64,000 nt of DNA from Marsupella aquatica. Lineage: Eukaryota; Plantae; Marchantiophyta. How positions within the stretch are numbered: position 1 is the first letter of the stretch; the number at the start of each line of letters is the position of its first letter. The stretch spans positions 12,398,771 through 12,462,770 of the forward strand of contig OZ316891.1 in the NCBI GenBank assembly GCA_973895155.1, in the 5' to 3' direction. The notes under the pieces were generated by a model. The model was not told the DNA's origin, searched no databases, and was given only the letters and a program-made list of their open reading frames with translations. Below, one piece after another: positions 27,713 to 39,900 of the stretch. A program made the position numbers and the translations under genes.

Positions 27713-29154
27713 CGAAAGGGTTTTCTGTGCTGCTTCCCTAGCACACAGTGCTCACAAAATTCCAACTTACAAGATTGCAAATTAGAAAGTAATCCTTTCT
27801 TCTGAAGAATAACCAAACCTTTTTCACTCATGTGGCCCAAACGGAAGTGCCACAGCCGGGCCGTCTCCTCATGAGATAAGGTTACATTGGCTTCATCACA
27901 AACTACACAGCCCTCCAAAACGTATAGATTGCTATGTCTCTTTCCCTTCAATACAACTTTAGTACCAGTTGAAACCTGAAGGACACCATTAGTAGAACTC
28001 CACTGATGGCCATTTGCTTCTAAAACTCCAAGTGAAATGAGATTTTTTATCATGGTGGGAATGTGTCTCACATTCCTCAACGTTCTTACAACACCATCAA
28101 ACATCTGAAATCTTACATATCCAAGTCCAACAACTTGACATGGGATTCCATTTCCCATCAACACTGACCCATTGGAAACCGTGTAAGAACTGAAAAAATC
28201 TCTCCTAGAGCAAATGTGAAAAGTACATGCACTATCTAGAATCCAGTCATCACTCCCTGGATTTGACACTACGTTGAGAGCATAACCTTGACATCACAAT
28301 ATGTCATCATCATCGAGTAAATCTACCTCATGCGAGCTCGATGCCGCGTTAGCAGATGCAGTAGGGACCTTTACTCGACAATCCCTTTTCATGTGGCCAG
28401 GCTTGCCACAATTCCAACATGCAAGAGGCTTCCTCTCTTGCAATTTCCCTCTAGATTTAGATCTCCCCCGTGATGTAAATCTAAACCTGTTCTGTCCATT
28501 TGAGCGTTGCGCTGCTCTCCCACGGTTCACATTCAGCGCAGTGCCAGAAGAAGATGTTGTCTGTGATTGACCCAACTTCTTCTAAGCATCATCAGACAGT
28601 AAAGAGCTTACCACCTCATTATACGAAATGGACTTCAGATCTCTATACAAGAGCACCTGTTTCAACCCCTGATATGACGGCGGTAAGGAGCTTAGCAGAA
28701 GCAAGGCCTTATCCTCATCTTCAACTCCTTTTCCCAGGTTTGACAGATCCACCGCTAGACTGTCAAACTCATCCAAGTGATCCTGCATCTTGCTCCCTTC
28801 CTTGAGCCTGAGGCTCATCAAGAGAGACTTCTTGTACAGCCGGTCTGACGCATCTTCCCGGTAGTACTTCTCTCTTAGAGCCTTGAACAGTGATGCACAA
28901 TCTGCATAATCATCCAGCTGCTTGATGATGTGCGGCTTCAGATAAAGCATCATTGCATTAACAGCAATCACCTGCTCCTGTCTCCACTGCTTCTCTGAGA
29001 TCTCCTCCTCTCCATCATACTGCTCTCGCAAAGAGAGCAGATGAGCTAAGCCCATGGCCCGTAGAACACCCTTCACTTGCTTCTCCCATAGCAAGTAATC
29101 AGTACGACCATCGTACTTCTCCACCTCAAACTTTACTCCTCCGAATCTAGCCAT
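27713..29154 (-). pseudogene. Copia B gag-protease-integrase N-terminus, interrupted
   Basis: MARFGGVKFEVEKYDG (ATG 29154); in-frame TAG 28582-28584; zinc knuckle CWNCGKPGHMKRDC; in-frame TGA 28294-28296; WILDSAC protease; HX4H/CX2C integrase Zn domain; one extra base near 27714-27724 shifts the frame before GVGTHTSKEVLEYVHSDVWGP. Confidence 0.9.
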
Positions 29155-31121
29155 CTCCCTCTTCTTCCCAACTACCAACAGCTCTGGTAGTAGTACAGCT
29201 TCCTCCACTGCACGCCGCACCAGTGATCGTACCGGTGTTACTTGTTCCTCCTCAAATGGTAGCAGCTCCTCCTCAGACTCTCCGTCTGACCGTCACGATC
29301 CTGAAGCTCCACCGACGCCAATTCTTCCAGTATCCTCCGAGTCACTCATATGAAACAATCACGAAAAAATGTCTTTTTTGAAACTTCTCATAAAACTCAA
29401 AACTCAACACCGCCGCGTAGCCCACGAAGCTAGGAGTCCAATACTGAAAGCCGAAATCAAAATCAAAATTCGACGGAAAAGTTATTCAAATTTCGGTCGG
29501 GGTGGGTAAAACCTTGGGAAACTCCCCCGTTTTGACCACCTCGGAGAATAACCAAAATATCAAGTACAACCCATCGTCAGAATCGCGATGTGATCGGTGC
29601 ACCGCGTTGCTAACTCCAGTGGCAACGTCCTCACCGAAAAAGAACCAAAAAAGTTACCGTTCGGCGGACAGAATCTTTGTCGGACGGCCAAAAAACAGCT
29701 CTCTGTTTTTCGGGAATATTCCCGCACAGTCCGACAGGTCTCATAGGGGGCCGTTCCCCCTGTCCAAGCGGTTAAAGCGGAGGGTGGCAAGTCCCGACAT
29801 TCGAGGAGAACAAAAGGAAGGAAAAATGGTTTAAAATAGGCCCTTAAAGGGGGTGCTAAGCCCCTTAAAACAGAAAATACAAGTATATAACAAAAGGTGC
29901 ATCCGCGTATAGGCGACGCGAGGCGGGCCAGGGAGTATACACGAATCGGGCCGGGCGTATACAAGGGAGGAGTAGCAATAGCCGGCCGGCAATCGCGAGG
30001 GCCACCGGCGTTGCAAGGCAGTAAAAGGGGGCGCGAGGGCACGGCCTTAACGAGGCCGTAAGGAGGGCCTCCGAGGCGGGGTCGCGACCGGCCGAGGCGT
30101 GGTGGAGGGCGCGGGGCTCGGCAGGGTGGCAGGATGGGCGAGCAACTGCCGGCGAGGCCCGGTAAGCGAGTGGCAGGGGCGCGGGGAGGTTAAGGCAGGG
30201 CCAGGCGGAGGGAGTGCCCCCATCGAATGCTCGGCAACGCTTATAGCGCCGGCCGGCGCTGCGAGAGGCGTCGCTGCGCCATAATTTACGGGAGGCAGGG
30301 GGGGAGGATGCGTATGTGGGGCAGGGCAGGGCAGGGCCGGGTACGTACACACCTTTTCGTGTGTATAAACACACACAAAAAATGCCCTTAAACCCTGTTA
30401 ATGCCAAAAGAAAAAATCCCCTCAAGAAAATATCAATTTACTCACCTTAACCCCGCTGATTCAAACGAGCAAAGTGAACGCCGCCGACGGGAAATGTTGC
30501 CAAATTGCAACAGCACAGTCTGCAGCTCCAACAGAGTAGAAAATTTCCGCCGCGTCGCCTTCACTCCGCGTCAAGTGCCAATGTCGGGCTCAAAATGACC
30601 ACCTCGCCGCGATCAAACCATTGAGCCGTAGCACTTCGCGTCTCTTCCACTGAGTCGGACATCACGAAGAGAAACCCGGTTCAGATGTGAACAAGCTCCA
30701 TAGCTTGTGAAAAAACCTGAACGCCTTTGTCACTCGTCATGTCGCACTCGGTAACAACTTGGCAGCAACTCAGCTACCAAAATGACCAGCTCGCTTCAAC
30801 CTTCAACTTGAGCTATAATGTGCAATCCCCTCCGCACCGCACAGCTCACACTGTTGAAAAACACGAACTCTGGTCTCTCCCCCGAAAACCCGTCGAACAT
30901 GAATAAAACCTGAACGATGCAAACTTCGATTCCTCCGCACCACGGATACCGATCAGCGAGTTCTATCCACCGTTAGAAAGCCCTCTCACTAACCTATCCG
31001 CTCAGCCACACACATTCGAGTTTCATGCGACGAAACTCCGAATGTACCATCGACAATGAACGCTGGAAAAAAACTTGTCACGAAAAACCTCGTCACCTCC
31101 CAGGCATGCTCTGATACCACT

Positions 31122-31465
31122 TGTTGAGCATAGACGACATTCGTAACGGCAAGCCCATGAACCATCCAACGCACAATAGTCGACACAGAGAGATACGTGG
31201 TTCACCTCCACATGAGGCTACGTCCACGGGAACACACAAGAGCTTTACTGCACTCTAGGCCGACCGGCCATACCAAGCATCCACAGCACAAGCTCTCCCT
31301 ATCTCTCAACTAGCTCCGTAACAATGAGCCTAAGTTCCACCAGGGTCTGGCATCAGCCCTGGCTATATGCACAATAGCACTACCGCTAACATTAGCTAAG
31401 TCGTAACCCGAGTTAGACTAACTGTGGTTAGCTCATGAGTCACAAGACTAGAGCAATATCTAACA
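31122..31465 (-). repeat. 5' LTR of copia B
   Basis: Direct repeat of 24523-24866, adjacent to the PBS. Confidence 0.95.
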
Positions 31466-32135
31466 CACAAGGCACGGTAGCAGGTCTGCGTGACATTTGC
31501 ACTGGTTATTAGAAGATAATCACGAGTCCCTGCACGAGTCATGTGAACTTTGAGCTTTGAATTTTGCAAAATTGTCTCCGCCAAGTGTCAATGAGCCATG
31601 AGGCAAAAGGATAGTTTGGCTATAAATGAGAAAAATGGTGTATGAATAGCAGGGATAAACTGACAATGAGTGAAAAAAAACAGAGTATGCAAGGCAATGT
31701 GACCTAGAAGCGATACCTTCCCAAGATTGCTGCAATTGTTATGTTTTAAGTTGAAGATTAAAGCTTGGGCACCACACTAAAATGGATCCAGTAGTTGCTT
31801 GTGCCAATCAAATCATGCATGTTAATATTACCATTTCTACTCATAATTAACGTGAAATGTGACTACCTAAACTGAAGGTTTCCTGGTTGTTTAACAAAAA
31901 CCATTTGGAGACACACAGGTGGGCACACGGGGCAGGTCTCACTGTAGTTGTTTTTTGTGTCATTGTTATCTATCACAAACAAGCCTCTATCACGTTTAGT
32001 TTAAAAAAGGCAGCATGTATGGTCTGCCATAAATAACTTTCTCTCTACAAGCACCCTTTAATTTCATCTACAACGGACTCATTGGCAGCATGCTGGTTTG
32101 ATGAAAGGCTCAATTTAATTTGCTCTTCATTATGC

Positions 32136-35100
32136 CTAATGTTGATTTGTGTGTGACCTTCCACCAGGTGGTAGTGCAGCTCTGGAACTTGATCTTAAAT
32201 TTGGACCTGTAATGATAGAAAGCCTAGGTCAGCAACATATATGAAATTGTCCTTGTTTATTGCAAGCATGTAATCAATTTGTGTGCTGAATTGTGTGCAT
32301 CTAACTATATGTCGGTGCAAGAAAAGCTAGAATAAAGGCTATGGTCTAGAAAGTACCCTAGATTGCAACTCTAGCCAGGCAGGGGTAGAAACTGTGAGGT
32401 GGGAAATGAAATGAGTTTCATTTTGTTCTTGCCAATTATTGATGTCCAAAAGACAAAAGATAGGGTAGTTTTCACAAGAAAGAAGGGAAACAAAGAAGAT
32501 GATTAAAATGATATGATAGACAAAGACAATTACCAGGTAATGAACTCGGTAATGAAGATGTACTTTTTCGCCACTTGGGAAGATTCTTATCTGCCAGTCT
32601 TTCCCATTCACTTTCAAAGCCAGGCACTTCTTCTGCAAAAGTCAAGTTGAGCAAACTAACTAATTGAAGATAGAGGTATATATGTGTAGCTTTACCTCCA
32701 TCAGGCTTCAACTTTGAGTATAAAACCAAAATCAAAATCCAAAAATGACTTCCGATTGTGACTCATGTATTAAAGTTTTCAACAATCATTATGTTGCTTC
32801 CGGAAAAATCTAAAAATCTCAATGAAAACATGTTTACAAGAATAGCATGATTTTGGTCAATGGACTCGTGAATTGGGGATGTGTGAACTTAAGCTCTCAG
32901 AAATCTGTGGTGTTAGTTCAAAGACAATTGATCTTGTACGTACCATTTTGACAATTTCAAGAATTTTGAGTGGAATCTCTAATCAAACTTCCATTCAATA
33001 GAAGAATTCAGTTACCTTCCCCAAGGTTATGCAGTGTTTCAAACTTCTCTTCATGTCCGTCTTTTTTCCTCTCCCTAATTATTGAATGACCCTGTTGAAT
33101 AGAGGATGGATTTTTTTTGTTCCATAGACCACATGCAATACAACACTTAAAAACCCATAGTTAATACGTTCATTAAAGTCATGTAAAAGGTCCCATGTAT
33201 TTTGTCCAAGAACTAATAATATTTTTAATAATTTAAGAAGACCTTGGATCTTTTATACATTCTCCACTGTAATTTCTCATTTCCAACTACGTACACTGTT
33301 CACCGTAATTAGTGTTATGCAAGAATTAGTGTTAGTACAAAATTAGTGTTACTAACACTAATTTTGGTAAAAATAATTTTGAGTCCAAGTAACACTAATT
33401 TTTGTCAATTTTCAAAATGAATTTTTTTCAGTTTAGTTTAAATTGCTTGTAAAAAACGGATGATCTCTAGTCCAAAGTAACACTAATTGTTGTGGATTTT
33501 TTAAAATAGTTTTTTTCTTTGTATTTTGCCACTTTTAAGACCATAGTAACACTAATTCATGTGCGCGAAAATAGTGTTAGCACAAAATTAGTGTGACTAA
33601 CACTAATTCGCGAGTAGACCCTGAAAATGGGCGCTCTCGAATTAGTGTTACTCACACTAATTACGGTGAACAGTGTAGAAGAAGACCTCCCATCATTCAT
33701 TTATCAATAGTGAGTCTTGAATGTTTTCGGATATAGACTTAGAGATAAATGTAATTTGAGGCACCTCACATACCTGTTTGAAAACAACTTTATCATTTTC
33801 AGATATAATTGTGAATGACTACTGACTTTACACTTGCAATCTTGGCCGTAATTCACTTATTTAAGAAAGTACCTTTTCACCCAATCCATGTGACACCCTG
33901 TGGTGTGCTTTTCCAGATGTAGAATCCTTTAGTTGATGCTCTTCCTCAACTACCTGTATTTTCAAAATAAATTCATAATTGCATGTTATCAGATATTTGA
34001 TAGACTTGGCAAATTTTTTATCAAGAGTACGTAAGCATTTGTAGATAATCTTAGGATCAAACTACTCGTTATTATGGGGATTAAGGACCATTAAACTTTA
34101 CTACAATGCTCTTGTCACTGGTATGCAAAAATATTACACTTTTTGTACAATATATCTGCTAAAGTAAGGCAATCAGCTTTGGTAATTTCAGGAGCAAATG
34201 AATTATAGCAGGTGACTGGGAGCTGTAGTCACAAGGATGTTCAAAGAGGTGACTTACTTTAGATAATATAACTATACAACTTTGGAAATATTATGAGTCA
34301 TCAAGGAAATTTTATAGAAAGGGGTCCATCAAGCAAATAGCTCACTCACCTTCCTACCATAATTATTATATGTGTACCTAGCTGAAGAAGCACTGTATCT
34401 ACTACAATGCTCCTCTTGTATCCATAGGAGCTGCTTCCACTATATTAATGGTCCAGCGCCATTTAAATGATATATAAATACCTTGATTAGCTTCATTGGT
34501 GCAATATTTTAACCTTGGTTTAGTGTTTCCAAGCTTTGACTCACCTCAAGACCTAAGTTATCCTCTTTTCAATATCAATTAATGGTGTGTGTGTGTAATT
34601 TTGCATATTTATTGAAACGTGAGCATTCAAGCAAGATAGAAATTATGAGAAGAATAAAAAAAACCTACAGACTGTAACATCTTTGTAATTGCTTAATAAC
34701 AGCAACAATTGTTACTTGTAAATGCGACAAAGGACAATATGTGAACTTTATATAGGGAGGACTTGCTTAGAGCTAGCAAGATGGTTTCAAGTAGAAACTC
34801 ATCTTATTCTGAATTAGGCTATGTTTAATATGTCAAATCCTACCAATCAGAAATTTTCGGGGAGAAAGAGGAAAAGGGGCCAATTAGAATCAGTGAATAA
34901 AGTGAGGGCCAAGAAGCTGCATTAAACTGTTGACTCTCATGGAATAATTTTTTGGATGTCATCTAATTATATCTTCATACCCCATTTGGGCCTTGTCGTC
35001 TGATTGTTTGGGAGGCATAGTAAGGTCCATCAGCTCCTGCACACAATACCGACGAACTAAAGAAACTAGAAGAGTTCCCTTGATTGCTTCCAAGTTGCAA

Positions 35101-36930
35101 TGAGTGTCCTTTTCTTGAAGAATTAAAAGATGGAGATATTTGCTCAAGATGGAATGAACCTGTAACACAACCAGAAGAATACAGCTGCTCCAGTAATTGT
35201 TGTTGTTTTTTTAATAAAAGTGACCCAAGCATAGTCTTGGAATACGTAGATTCCAAATGTAAAGACGGCCGTGTACTAGGCAGGCCCTTGTGGGCTGGCT
35301 GGGTTGGCTCATTTCCCATATTGAGGTTTATGAGCTAATAAAATTTGTCGCAGAGTAATAATTGAAGCTAGGATGAACTACCATGTTGGACATAATGTTC
35401 CTGACCGCATTTTGGTTGTCATGGGAGTTTGGGCCCCATAACTGGATACTTGGCAATTGAAATTAGGATAAACCACCATGTTGGACACATTGCTCTTGTA
35501 TACCACATTTTGGTGGCCCATGAGAGTTTGGGGCCCATAACTTGATGATTATGAGTAATAAAAATAATTTTCTAGTTTTGCACCTGCAAGGCAACTAGAG
35601 AGGAGAAAAGGGGGAAAAAAACTAACCCTAATGTTTTATATTAACACAAAAACAATCTATGATGAAAATCTTTAATCAATATGGGCAAAATTTCACTTAT
35701 TTTGATGAACCTGTAGTTTACCTACTTCTCTAGCATATTCCCAAAATTGAGAAAATATCTGAATTTATGAATATCAAGATATTGCAATTAAACTCAAATT
35801 TGGGGAAATGTGGTCCATGGGGGTTTCAAAGACCAACCTTGTGGTTCCCAGGGCTTCAAACTCCAAAATAAACATAGAATAAAAGAAGAAGAACTTAAAG
35901 ATACTATCTTAAGGAATTTAAATGTGAGTTATTAATATTCATTACTTTTCTATTTGAACTATGATGTAATAGTCATATTATAAATTATGAAATGAAATGT
36001 ACAGATAGATAGATAAATAAATCTTTTAACATTCCTTTCTAATTTAGGCCTGGAACAATTACGAAGGCCTGTATTACATCACAGAATTGTTGGAAGTACC
36101 TCTACTATTATCCTCATCTGGATGCTCAATAATTGGTTCTCGGGTTGAACTTTGAGCTCCACTAGCAAAACCGTCATGATGTCTAGGAATCTCTTCTATT
36201 TGAAAGTTCCTTATGCCTCCTTCACCTTCAATTGGAACATGCCGTGTATTGCTCTCCGAGAAAATCTGTGAAGTCAACAAATATTTTTAAAATAAAATCT
36301 GTACTCTTAATTACATTAAATATTGTAATATTTTCTGTCATCAGTCACAAAAACAGGAAAATTGAAACGGGCACTCTTATTTTTTACATTGCTACACGGC
36401 AAATCCATGACCTCCTCAGACTGCCCAATATTTTGATTAAATGGTAAATTACTGCAAGTAAGCCATAAAGTTATTTATTTGGAATAAGATACAACCAAAT
36501 TAATGTCATATGAAGAAAAGGGTACAATTGGAAGTAAAACGGTGACAATCTTCTCACATACCACTGGAGGGTTGTTGACATGAAATTGATCCAGTAAATT
36601 CTTTCCCATGTCAAATATCCCATTATCAAAAATTCCATCTGGCGCAAGGAGGCCACTTGATTTAAATGGCTCTCCAAAAGGCCTAGTAAAGAAAGGATCT
36701 TTGAAAAATGGATCCTCAAACATATTACTTCCAAATATAGACCTTCCTTCACTTCTTCCTGATGAACCTTGAAATTTGGCTAATTGATCATTTTCTGTTC
36801 TCTTGTTTTGACTTGTAGACAGTGATGCTTTTCCTCCTGGATGCTTTACTATCTTATCTTGGTCTTGTTTGCATGTAGCTCTTTTGCCCTTTCCTTGACT
36901 TCCATTTGCTTTTGCTTTACCTTTCTCCAT
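32136..36930 (-). CDS. Myeloid leukemia factor (MLF/Mlf1IP)-like protein; exons ~36930-36562, 36265-36100, ~35330-34981 (5' boundary unresolved), 33953-33873, 33091-33016, 32632-32534, 32206-32136
   Basis: FEDPFFKDPFFTRPFG, PIIEHPDE, FFSSSVLCAGADGPYYASQTIRRQGPNGV, EEEHQLKDSTSGKAHHRVSHGLGEKGHS...ETLHNLGEEEVPGFESEW match the recalled plant MLF family. GT-AG junctions keep the frame except the exon 2/3 junction, which I could not resolve. Confidence 0.8.
33294..33675. mobile_element. MITE (382 bp) with CACTG termini and TA flanks, in an MLF intron
   Basis: TIR CACTGTTCACCGTAATTAGTGT / ACACTAATTACGGTGAACAGTG with TA on both sides; many internal AATTAGTGTTA / TAACACTAATT subterminal repeats. Confidence 0.88.
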
Positions 36931-39900
36931 CCCCTATCAATTGTCAAATTCATCATTTGATTTAAAGAATCATAGTCTTGTAAAAACGCCAATCATTTTT
37001 GTGCAAAATTTCTGTTGTGAAGGTTTCACATTATCAAACCAGTCTTTCACTTAGCACATGATATTCTGCACGTTTATCACAAGAAAGAAAATATAGCCTT
37101 ATCACTCAAATGGTTTAGAAGGAATTGTTGCCCTAACAAAAAACAATGTCAATCCAACCTCACAATTTGGGGAAAAGGTGGTTTTCCTATTTGAACAAAA
37201 AGTGCAGACAAGACATATTAAACAAATGATGCAAAAATTGGGCAGTTAGGGCGTGCACTCTGTGGAAAGTTTCAATGTATAAAATATACTAGAGAAGATT
37301 TGAATATTGAAATACATGCACGACTCCTAGTAAAAGCTTGTACATATGAATAAATACATGACGGTTCGTGGATCATGATTTCCAGAAAAAGAGGTCATCT
37401 AGATTATGGAGGAGTTTCTTATTTGTCACATATATTTGTTTGGATCTGGAGAAATGTCATTGAACTGGCAGGCATATGCTTGATGGGAAAATGAAATGTT
37501 TACTTCATGAACCCCTGATTGATTCAGACCATCAATAGACCTTACATCCACTTACCCAAAACCTCACTGGGTTGGTTGGGGAAAAATGTTTGGCTTTTGG
37601 GGGTCTATAAGCGATTACTTGTTGAACTGATCAATAAATGTACAGAAGAGTTTATTTCCTGACCACATCAATTGTAGAAAAGGGTTGTTCCAGAAGAATC
37701 TTTGCTATCTTAGATGGATTTTTCTCTTCCTTTTGTTACGTCTATGGCTGTATTGAATAAACAATATGAACTCAGTCCAACAAATCTCACTGCAAAGTGC
37801 TCAACAAATTCTTTCATATGACTTTTCCTCTTTTCCCTTGCAATCCCAACCTCTCGTCTCATGATCAGTACTCTTAGATGACGTAATGACTTCATTCTCA
37901 TGTATAAATGATCTGCCTTGATGGTTATATTTAGGAAGCACCATATGAAAACTAAGGTAGCAAACATACCGGCCACTTCATTACAAAGAGATGATACAAC
38001 ATGGTGACTTCATTCTCATGTAAACTGTTCTTCCTGATGGCTACTTTTAAGATGCACCATATAAAAAACTTAAGGTAGCTAACATACCACTTCAGTATAA
38101 GGAGAACATACGATATATCAAGGCTCAGGAAGTTAGTTTTAGAATGAAATAGCGGTAATGATCCCAGCCATAGAAAATAACTTTTGGCACTGTACTCAAA
38201 ACCTAAAAATTGTGCATGAAGTGGGATACAAATTTGATGAAAATGTCCCTTTTTAGATTCAGTATCATCTGAATATTTGATCACTTTATTGGCAAGTCAT
38301 CTCCTAGGGTTCAAGTGGGTTGTCAAATGACAGAAGGATAAGGAATATCTCTACTCTGTGTTTTTTGAGTGTGCTATGTTATTTTGTTCCAATCTGCACA
38401 ATGCAAATATATGTCTGATAAGTTGACATCAAAATTCACTCACGCAGGATTACTTAATACAATTCCACTTAGTGATATAGAAAAAAGCTCATCATTAAAA
38501 TGCATATCTTAGCCTTTGAGAGTGCCTGGTATGCTCGATTCAGGTATGATTTTTTCCGTCTGTAGAAAAAAGTGTGATTACTACGGGGCATACAATTTTT
38601 GTTTTAACATGCTATGGTATGTGTGCTCATAGGCAACAGCAAAGCACCCATTAAACTTGTTGATTCCGTTTCTTGGATTCTTGAGGGCAACGGTATATCA
38701 AGAGAGGGCTGAGCACAAACGTCTTCATTCACGTATGGACTATCGTTCCCATCAATATTTTGGGTCATTACCTTTTCAGCAAGAGATATTGACATTTCGC
38801 CATGATCGTCCAAAAGTTCTTTTGTTGTCCTTCACGACATTATTTTGTTCACGGTAACAATAAGTACAATAATTCTTCTCACTTCATGGACTGTTTCACT
38901 CAAGGATCCATTAGAGACCTGAATTCAGGCTGGTCCCTGTCTACCCTAGAAACATGTGAGTAAACAAGGATTCAGGGCTTACTGTGAATCTGAAATTATA
39001 TATCACTCGTGGCAGGTACCTCTAGGTATTGTGGTTGACTTCTTGACAATTTATCTCAGCTCACACCTTGATGGGTGTGCTTGACTTGACTTGGGATGGT
39101 TGTCTTTGCTTCAGTTTCTTCTAAGCCTTGTTAGCTGATTTGTGACCCCTTTTTTTTAATCCTTTCATGTTACTTTAGATACATAGATAGATAGATTTGA
39201 TAAGATAATACTTTTCAGTAAAGGCAAAGTGTTTAGTTACGTTCTTATCTCCCAAACTGGTCAAAATTAATAATATATCCCCAAAGCTATTTTAATTATC
39301 ATGTTGGCCCCCATCTTGTCTATGGCCCGAGTTAACCACACTGAATAATCCAAGATGACATGTAATTGGTCTGTGGACACTTGGAGCCTCCTAATTTTTC
39401 CGGGAATTTGTCCAAGCTAACCCCCTCTGACCATTAAAATGGGGAAATGAGAGAAATCAAAACACTCTAGTTTTGCTAGCTTGTAGACAAGGGTGTAGAC
39501 AATGGTACTTACCTTGGTTCTGGTGAGTGTAAGATGGGGGACACTTCATCCAAGGTGAAGGTAGAGTTGGAGGGGGTTACCAAGGGTGAGTCACAAGTCC
39601 CCATGTGCCCACGTACAACTTGCATGCCATTTTGAATTATTCCAGTAGAGTCAAGCCAATCCAGATACGAAATGGGGGCAAGGCACAAAAGCCTGACTGA
39701 GGTCCTTTGATAATCTTGTGCCCGGAAAATTGTAGCCAAATAACCATTTTCCAGACAAAATATATCCATGGAGACTGAGGTCTTGGTGGGGTTCACTGTC
39801 TAAAACCTTATGTCCTTATTGTAAACCCTAGTGTTTTGACCATGATATATGGTGAATGCATTTGACCCACTCAGAATGTTCAATTTTTTGTGATAATTGT

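Larger units (their letters stand above)
24523..31465 (-). mobile_element. Full-length Ty1/copia LTR retrotransposon B (Tork/Tnt1-like), recent insertion
   Basis: 344-bp LTRs 24523-24866 and 31122-31465 (TG...CA), identical by eye; 5-bp TSD CACAA (24518-24522, 31466-31470); PBS 31108-31119 (tRNA-iMet); PPT AGGGGGAGTT at 24867-24876; domain order gag-PR-INT-RT-RH. Confidence 0.97.

Noticed and set aside
28294-29295. U-to-C RNA editing restoring copia B stop codons
   Set aside because: Such editing is known only in plant organelles, and methyl-C deamination explains TGA/TAG more simply.
29560-30598. Extra (env-like or accessory) ORFs in the copia B leader
   Set aside because: They are overlapping Pro/Arg/Ala-rich frames explained by high GC content, with no TM or domain pattern.
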